From: a virus
Lineage: Duplodnaviria > Heunggongvirae > Uroviricota > Caudoviricetes
DNA: 27,095 nt
IMG/VR virus record: IMGVR_UViG_2537562194_000033
Strand: one strand, 5' to 3'
Part shown: positions 26,091 through 27,095 of the stretch, one piece after another
Numbering within the stretch: position 1 is the first letter of the stretch
Layout of the letters: each line of letters starts with the position of its first letter
Position numbers and translations under genes: made by a program
The notes under the pieces: model-generated
What the model was told of the DNA's origin: nothing
The model's database searches: none
The model's input: the letters and a program-made list of their open reading frames with translations, nothing else

Positions 26091-27095
26091 ATGTCGATTA
26101 AGAAGCTCGAAGATGGTCGTTATTTGCTGGACATCAGGCCGAACGGACGCAAGGGAAAGCGCGTGCGTAAGGTATTTGACAAAAAATCGGTAGCGGTGGC
26201 CACTGAACGCTACATCATGGCGAACGCTGAAAAGCGGGAATATATACAGGGCTACCGTGATCGTCGAACGCTAAATGATTTGCTTGAGTTGTGGTGGATG
26301 TATCACGGCCAGCACAGGCGTAAGGCGGAAGAAGACCGAAAACAACTGCGCAACATAATCAATGAGCTTGGCGCTGATATGCAGGCTGTGGATCTTGATA
26401 AGCTGAAAATTATCGCGTGGCGTTCTCAAAAGATAGCTGAAGGATTGAAACCGTCATCTGCTAACAGGTACATGAATCGGTTATCCGGAATGTTTACCGT
26501 GCTGAAAAAAATAGGTCTTTGGGATGCAGAACATCCAGTAAGGGGAATTTCTATTCTTTATGTATCTCCACGAGAAATGGCGTTCCTGTCACAGAAGGAA
26601 GTGGCGCTATTGCTCGATACACTGGAGGGCGACTACTGGCGTGTTGCGCTTTTGTGTTTAAGCACAGGGGCGCGCTGGAGTGAAGCTTGTAAGCTTCGTG
26701 GTGAACAGATAGTTCATAACCGTGTAACGTTTCTTGAAACCAAAAATGGCCGGAAGAGAACAGTGCCAATTTCGCAGGCAGTTTGTGAGGCGATCAAAAC
26801 CAGAGAAACAGGCGGCTTGTTTGAGGTGAAGTACCGGGAATTCTGCCTGGCGCTGAAAAGAGTTAAGCCCGATTTACCAAAAGGCCAGGCTGCACATGTG
26901 CTGCGGCATACGTTCGCCAGCCATTTTGTGATGAACGGAGGAAACATTATTGCGCTTCAGAAGATTCTTGGTCACGCAACCATTCAGCAAACAATGGCAT
27001 ATGCGCATTTTGCACCGGATTACCTGCAGGATGCGGTGGCCCTTAATCCGCTGAAAGGTGGCGTAAGTGTCCACGCAGTGTCCACGGGGGATTAA
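26091..27095 (+). CDS. int: tyrosine integrase (P2 Int family)
   Basis: ATG at 26091 (MSIKKLEDGRYLLDIRPNGRKGKR...); the track ORF starts at an upstream TTG. C-terminal catalytic motifs HVLRHTFASHF and ILGH...YAHF. The stop codon TAA is the last 3 nt of the window, so the att site lies just outside. Confidence 0.9.
   Translation: MSIKKLEDGRYLLDIRPNGRKGKRVRKVFDKKSVAVATERYIMANAEKREYIQGYRDRRTLNDLLELWWMYHGQHRRKAEEDRKQLRNIINELGADMQAVDLDKLKIIAWRSQKIAEGLKPSSANRYMNRLSGMFTVLKKIGLWDAEHPVRGISILYVSPREMAFLSQKEVALLLDTLEGDYWRVALLCLSTGARWSEACKLRGEQIVHNRVTFLETKNGRKRTVPISQAVCEAIKTRETGGLFEVKYREFCLALKRVKPDLPKGQAAHVLRHTFASHFVMNGGNIIALQKILGHATIQQTMAYAHFAPDYLQDAVALNPLKGGVSVHAVSTGD

Overview
This window is most of a P2-like (Peduovirus-type) prophage, in reverse orientation to the usual P2 map, probably in an Escherichia/Shigella-type host (inferred from the IS). 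Reading from high to low coordinates: integrase and C repressor (+ strand), then cox, which is split by a 1310-bp IS629-like IS3-family element with a 3-bp GAT target duplication; a tightly packed minus-strand early operon of small genes; the replication gene A; an AT-rich two-gene cargo operon (AAA+ ATPase, then S8 subtilisin-like protease); the cos region; terminase P and portal Q (+ strand); and the minus-strand late genes O, N, M, L, X, holin, M15 endolysin, spanins lysB/lysC, R, S, V, W, J, I, tail fibre H and a partial tail fibre assembly gene. The candidate system is the ATPase/protease pair, which sits exactly where P2 carries its accessory genes old and tin, between A and cos. It resembles the two-gene IetAS class (ATPase plus serine protease) as I recall it, but this rests on motifs read by eye; its mechanism is unknown to me. 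The prophage looks immobilised: cox is insertionally inactivated and baseplate gene V carries an apparent +1 frameshift. All family assignments are from motif reading and recollection of P2-family proteins, with no database search run; coordinates were checked codon by codon where stated.
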